Positions 57,401 to 64,000 of a DNA stretch of 64,000 nt are shown one piece after another. This DNA is from Phallusia mammillata (Eukaryota), in the NCBI GenBank assembly GCA_965637545.1, contig OZ281497.1, positions 18,910,001-18,974,000 of the forward strand, given 5' to 3'. The first letter of the stretch is position 1; every line of letters begins with the position of its first letter. The translations under genes were made by a program, and so were the position numbers. The notes beneath the pieces were generated by a model. That model worked only from the letters and a program-made list of their open reading frames with translations, was not told the DNA's origin and did not search any database.

Positions 57401-60400
57401 CCTTCAGGTGGGGGTGTCTCGGGGGCTGTGTAGTCACCGGTTGTTTCACGTGACTGATCGGGAGCATATGATTGGTTTTCCTCCGCGACGTCTTCTTCGG
57501 GATTGTCTCTTTGCCTGATGTAGTCAAATATTCGGTCCTCCTCATCGCTATCAAGGTCTATTAATAAAGAAACGTTTTTTTACATTAAGGATGAATGACT
57601 TAAGAAATATGGGCAAGAACTAAAAAAACAATGGGTCCTCCTGTAAAACGCTTCGGCAATCTTAAATTGAACTGACAAAGGTATGCAAGAGCAGTGACAA
57701 TGTGGACAAATGGTTTGGAACACTCAAAGACATATGTGAAGACAATTTGGATTACAATATAAACGGCTACTGGAGTTACAAAGGGACACAAATACACAAG
57801 CAGTGGTGGAAATAAATACATCCAGTTTTTCAGGTATTTTGGTAACGGTTTCACACTCAACGAACCTTCCAGGCCAGTTTCGTCCTCGTACAAAAAGAAG
57901 GTGGGAGGGAGACGAAGCTGAATGGCTCGCTGTCGCTGATCTTCTGTGGGCGTGGCCTCCCACACGAATATCACGTCTTGGGAGGGATCATCGCTAGGAA
58001 CGGGGCGTGTGCCTACGAAGCCACAAAAGATTGTGCAATGTGATGCAACAAGACGCATGGTCACAGTTTAGAGTTTTATGATGAATTCAACGATCCAGAA
58101 GATTGTAAACAAGTGGTTCCATAACTGGGTTTCAAGAACCCTAATGGTCGGTGAATGCCAAGAAAAGTTTAACTCCAAGATTTAAACAAAGCAGTTTTAA
58201 AGGATTACACCATAGAAAATACTGCACATATAACTCCTGCTCATAAGTATAAAAATACGATTTCTGATTTTTTTTTCTTCCAATCATATCACACCTCATT
58301 TTTTATTTCGAATATATTTAAACAAAATAGCTGCCGGGAAATTTCGGATGGGTGACCCAAATTATTGAAAGAGTTGGTTACCAGAAAAAAGTTGGGACCA
58401 CTATTATAAATGGATAAAACAGCACCAAACTCATGGCATATAGGTGGGTAAATACAGTCAAGCATTTCATCGATCGATCAGAACATACTTTTGTCTTGTG
58501 CATTAGCGCCGGCATTGGTGTTGTTATAGTTTGTGGACGAAAACTTAAAGGGTGCCACAGCTGTCTTTGGTTTTGCAAATACGTCGGTAAAAGGTTGTGG
58601 AGCGCTTGACGAGGCACCAACAGCGGAAGGTGGGTCATGACCGAACAATGATTTGATCACAGCTGGCTTTTCCACCTGTTATGGAGAAATGGAAAAGGAT
58701 TTTAATTTCTTAACGAACTGGGTGCTTACGCGGACAATTTTTTTCGCATAAGATTTAACACAGAATATTTTTCGGTCGTTTAATAAAATGTACGTTTTAT
58801 GTTTTGAAAATAGCTGTGTCATTTCGAACGATTTTTTAAACTATACAGAACTGGTTAGTGTGACTTCAAAGTACTTTAGCAAGCAGAATGTTCACAAATT
58901 TGAACACCGACCTGACTTGCTGGAGGTTTATCGGGTTGAGTGCTGACTGGTGCTGGTGTGCTCGTACTTCCAAAGTTAAAAGAAATTGAACTAAAGTTGA
59001 AATTGGATGAATCGGCTGCCGGTTTCGGACCTTTAGCTTCAAACAAAAATGGCATTGCGACAAAACAAATTGACACACACAAAAGAGTTTATAAACAAAT
59101 TCGATTTATTTTTTTTGCAAAGTATAACCGCAGAAAGCATTTTCATTAGAATCTTACTGAAAAGGTTTTCGCCGAATTTAAAGCCTTTCCCGAAATCCTT
59201 TTGGAGCGGACTTTCAACATTGGCGAAGGAAAACAAAGGAGCGGCGGCGATGGGCTTCACAGGAGATCTCTGCGATGATTTTGACGTGTCCCCACCACCA
59301 GAAACAATCGACTCGTCCTCCGGTGCAGTTGTGTCTGTTTATAAATTCACAACTGCATTGAAACGCATGGAATTATATCTTGATGCACCCAAACATGGTA
59401 TGTACACTTGAATATGTCCATAAGAATTACCAAAGTTTATTTTATTAAACTGTTAAATGGAAAAAAGCATTAGTTGTTAAGGTACAGACAAAAAACAACA
59501 AAATTACCAATTTAGGCATGTCTGGCTAAAAACACTGATTTTGACACAGGACGTCAACTACGAACCCTGTTACATTGAATGATTGATCTGATGTCAAACA
59601 GACGACTTCCTTACAAGGATAACATTGTTCTCTTGTTATATAACAAGTGTTTAAATAGAAACAAAATGATGTGACGCTGGTGACTGCACTTGCATGAATA
59701 AACTTTAGTCATGAGGACTATACGTAACGAATTGTTTTTGTAATTTGGCGAGCCACATGGACTGAAGAGTTGCATATATAAGTTATTTGTGGTCACTATT
59801 CAAAAAATTGCCTTTTTGACTGCTTTTACTGTTTTTACGCGCTACTTGATTTTAGATTTATTCATTTGGGAATGACACAAGTTGATGTCGAAACGTCATG
59901 CTTTATACAAATATATTGGCTTGTTTGTTTCTGGTCAAAAAACATTTCTTTTGGTTGTGAAAGTTTGTTTTTGCCTTCTCATGGTTTATTTATGCTGTAT
60001 GCAAAACAGTAAACACACAAAGCGTAGGTCGAATTTGACAAAGTGGAAAAGTGTGAAAGACAGGAAAACTTACAAGATTGTTCCACACTTCCATGATAAG
60101 AGTCCATAAGTTTTCCGTCTGTTGCCGCTTGTTTGGCTTCGTCCACAGCTTCCAGGAAGGTAGATGCGATTTCGGGAGTCTTAAACTTGATTGCAAATTG
60201 CAGAAGCTGAACAGAAAAGTCACGGTGGCATTATGAATGACCAAGGCACCTTTTTTCATTAATGGTCGATGTTGTTAACAATAGTATGACCCAAATGTAT
60301 TGCTGATATTTGTACACGTTGTCAAAACCAGGTTTCCACAATATGTAAGTATACAATTCTCTTCTGGTATCAAGAGTGACCAATAAGTTATTTGTCTAGA

Positions 60401-63400
60401 TAAAAATCACCTTGCCACTGTTTAAACAAAATTTTACATCAACTTTGCGGTATTTTGAATATGTTCATGGGTGTGTCTGGTAATCTAAACTTAACCAACC
60501 TCTCCGTTCGGTTTGTCTGAGTCCGAAAAGTCGGTGGCAGTCCACATCAAACATTTCGGGTCTTTGTTAGTGAAGGCCATGTCCATTGTCACGTGGTGAT
60601 TCAGACAAACTTTTAAAACCTTAAAAACAAAAAGTTTTGTAGGACATAGTGGAGTTGGCTGGTACAGAGTATGTTTTTAAAGTAGATTGTTTACTTGTTC
60701 TCTTCTCATGACGAGGCGGATTTTGAATGACTCGGTATTTTGCAGCAGTTTGATTTCGCCCAAACCGCGTTCCTTCCATTCCTTGGTGTCCCGATGAAAC
60801 ACGTACAACTTTGATCTGCTCCCAAACAGAACCTAAACAAGAATACAAGTGTGCTTAAGATCGTGCTGTTTAGCCGATGGCATTTACGCCTTTTTCTAGT
60901 ATATGAACTACATAAAACTGACCAAAACAAAGACAATTCGGATTTCGTCAACAAAAACGGTGTTATTTACTTAAAATTTATAGGAAAGAAGTGCCAGATT
61001 GTTGGTGCTTTTTTAGAAAATATTTCGCAATATTGTGTTTTCCGATTATTTTTGCAGTGCATTAGGTATCAACAGACACAAATGAAATTGTGAAACAATG
61101 AATACAGTCTTGTGTTGAAAATAATTTTCATGTGTCGTAAGTGAGCGCAAACTCACGAAAACCGGTCAAGACCTGAATTATGTCCGTGCTACTTGAATAG
61201 TTTGTCGCGATTTGACACTTTAAGGTGATGTCATATACAAGACATTGCAATGTCTTTAAATGAACCTATATTTGTATAGGTCCACTACATTTAGCCCTTA
61301 TTTCCGAAAGCAATTAACAAGTCACGATTTGACTTGTTATACACTTCCCAGTCTTAAACAAACTCTTTAGGCAAGTTCAATGCGTCATCTAGCATGCTAT
61401 GATCGAATGCGATGTCATGTTTTAAACTTGGCCCAAAAAGTCCCAAAGACGAAGCACTTCCGTATTTTAGCATTACTCAGCACGAGCCACGTATTTGTGA
61501 ATTTCATTTTCTGTCTGATGCTATAAATAAACGAATAGGAACTATTTACACGCTGGGTTACGCCCACTACAAGTCAATAAAAGCGAGTCATTAAGCAATG
61601 GAAAATTTTGCCCGGTCACGTTTGGAATATAACCCCAAACAATGATGTCAGCATAGCTTCTTGCGTGGAAATTAGTAAAAAAAATGTTTGTTTCATTCGG
61701 CTATATAGCAACAGAGATTTTATGTGTTTAGTTTTGGGGGCATCGTATTGAGTGCCGAACATCACTGCAACGGTCAGTTCCTAAAAGTTGGGGACAAAGG
61801 ACGGTAAACAAAGAGATTCACGAATCAGAATAGCTTTTAACTTTGCTTATAATACAACGCTATGTTCAGTAAACATTTGTCACATGATTACTGGCACCAT
61901 GTAACTCGAGTATTCAACACTGACCATATGAAATCACACAGGAACATACGGTTAATTGCTTGCTTGTGATAAAACCACTTAAAGTCGGTGATTATGGTGG
62001 ACAAAGAAAAAAAGATTTAAAGCCGAAACATATGGTTTTGTTTGCTATGTTTTTCAACCAGTCCATCAGCTATTGACCTTAATTGCAATCAAGCCGTTCC
62101 ACAAATGCTTAGCTGAGTACATTATGTAAATACATAACAGGATGACAGAATTTTTGACAAAATCATGTTAACATTTAAAACATTCTTTTACATAAAAGGC
62201 CAACGTAATAAGACAGGTAGCCATTGCATGATAAGTAAGATGCAGACAGTGTACATCGTTACTTCCTATAAGATCCCATCTATGTAGCTGGCGACACAAC
62301 AGTGACGGTACAAATATATGAGCTATTGCTGCCAGGCAAGTTTATAGAGCTCTTCTGGCAAATGTATTTTTATTCCGACGTCCTATACAGGTCGCCTTCA
62401 TCAGGGTAAATAACACTGAATGTGCGTCGTACAGTTGACGGTATAAGCTAGAGTTGTCACTATAGGGCACTCCAGTTAGTTGGGAGTAACATACTGAAAG
62501 TCATGCCTCACAAAATCTGTAGGATGCCACAATGAGACACAACCACAGATAGATAGATACACAATAAACAATAAACTGCCTAGAAACCAAACCGAAGTGT
62601 CTCAATCTAAAAAAAACACTATCTAATACGCTGATGATACCTTATAGGTCGAAACAATGTTTACTGTCCGCAGCTCACATAGATGTACCTTGATAGAAAA
62701 CAGCCAAATCATACTTAACTAATGGGTTTAACTTTTTTTTTGGTAAAGTAGTTACATAACATCGGTGCGGAAGATAAACAGAATCTTCTAAACCTAACCT
62801 GTTCCTCTTCTTCTCCCGTCACAAGATCCACTTTGTCTGGGAGCGGAATTTTCGGTTCAAAGTAAACGTCGGCTGTGTAGGAATCCTCACTGTAAAGATG
62901 TTGTACTAAGTTACTTATATGTTTTGGGGTTCGGTGTTTTGCTTACAATAATACGTTACCTCGTGGCTGAGCAAACGCTGATGCCTCGTTGTTTAGGTTT
63001 GTCGGGACTGACATCTGGTTTCATCTTAAATTGGAACTTATCTAAACCAATGGAGGTTGGAATTTTCGGTGCACTGTCAGCTGTAAAACAATGTTACATT
63101 TGGTACACAATTCACGGTTTATATACCAAACCCGAAACAAACAAACAAACAAACAAACAAACAAACAAACAAACAAACCTACCAGTGTATTTGTGTAAAA
63201 CATAACGTTTCAGCGGCAACTTGTGTCATTCTCCAATAAATTTTGTTGCCATCGCAACGTTACGATTTACACAAATATACTGGCTTGTTTGTTACCGGTT
63301 AAAATTTTACATTAGTGTGCAGAAGTATGTTTTATAAAGATTATTTTTTTCACAGGATTGCCATTAGAGAACGTAAAAAAGTACCAAAACGGAAAAAAAT

Positions 63401-64000
63401 GGTTTATCTGCTCTAGTTAAGGATTCGCAAAACAGGAGCTAATTCAGGCAAGCCCGTAGACTCGGAGTTAAAAGATCTTTGTCTCAGTAATAAAAGCCCG
63501 TCTCTTCTAGCGGATTACACGAAATCCGGGCAATCGTTTAATGGTACATGAGTGATCCCGTGATAAAACAGGCGACATGGGTTTTGCGGTTTAACTAACC
63601 TTCCTGCTTTCGGTTGTCACTTTCCACTTTTTCAACAGGTGGTTTGAAACTAGAAAGAAAAAACATCACGGTGAAAAACAACGAAATATTTGTTAGCATC
63701 AAGGGTACACAGTTAAGTTGTTGGTGATAAAACCCACCCTTTGGCTGCTTCGTTCTTTTCCTTAATATGACGTTGAACCAACGGCGTCAACGCAAGCTTG
63801 GTGGGGTCAAACTTCGACGAATCGGTGGGAACCAACCCTGTTACGCATAATTAAATATACTTACGCAAAAAATCAGTAATCTACAGCCTTGTATTAATTA
63901 CCATCAAGCTGAAAAGTCAACATTCTTAAAATATAGAAAAATGGAAGAATAGGGTTATGAGATGAGCGTTTACCTTCTGTGATGGTATTCTCCAGGTCAA
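54471..64000 (-). CDS. RANBP2: RANBP2/Nup358, 3' part (two Ran-binding domains, IR1-M motif, FG-like linkers); 5' end outside window
   Basis: Spliced in-phase exons give ...FQFKMKPDVSPDKPK...|EDSYTADVYFEPKIPLPDKVDLVTGEEEEQ|VLFGSRSKLY...WKERGLGEIKLL...MRREQ|VLKVCLNH...|FAIKFKTPE (RanBD). FxF-rich exons follow at 58480-59340, then DVIFVWEATPTEDQRQRAIQLRLPPTFFLY (IR1-M, ~57870-58015), then KIEVKTGEEDEE|VIFQERCKLYRFD...WKERGLGDIKIL...MRREQ|VLKVCANH...|KFTVRFKYPEIANRFKQAWDRCTGQE* (stop 54471-54473). Confidence 0.9.
63135..63178. repeat. (AAAC)11 microsatellite in RANBP2 intron
   Basis: Perfect tetranucleotide run read directly. Confidence 0.97.

Noticed and set aside
57600-57865. Hydrophobic C-terminus of ORF 57600-58064 as a membrane anchor on the IR motif
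   Set aside because: Read-through into an intron. A phase-1 donor after LE(G) joins cleanly to the next exon.

Overview
AT-rich, gene-dense eukaryotic DNA with short GT-AG introns (many ~60-65 nt). The proteins are chordate-like, and an ascidian/tunicate source is my inference, not proven. Gene order: OATP/SLCO transporter (-), internally deleted BEL/Pao LTR retrotransposon with a nested hAT MITE, CSNK1A1 (+), ~3.5 kb with no supportable gene but enhancer/promoter-like motifs, mitochondrial-type DnaJ protein (+), UQCRH (-), ICE1 (+), ZMYND8 (-), EIF2D (+), two tandem intronless orphan 7TM paralogues (-) separated by a Mutator-like foldback element, and the 3' part of RANBP2/Nup358 (-), which runs off the window end. 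Five hAT-type non-autonomous elements, a ~155-bp minisatellite and an (AAAC)n microsatellite are also present. No tRNA, rRNA or CRISPR was found. Best leads: the WIRQRLFY 7TM pair lacking class-A GPCR motifs, a decayed BEL element with near-identical LTRs, a RANBP2 that stops before the cyclophilin domain, and the NK2/Smad-motif-rich interval. Exon boundaries were read by eye and no database searches were run.
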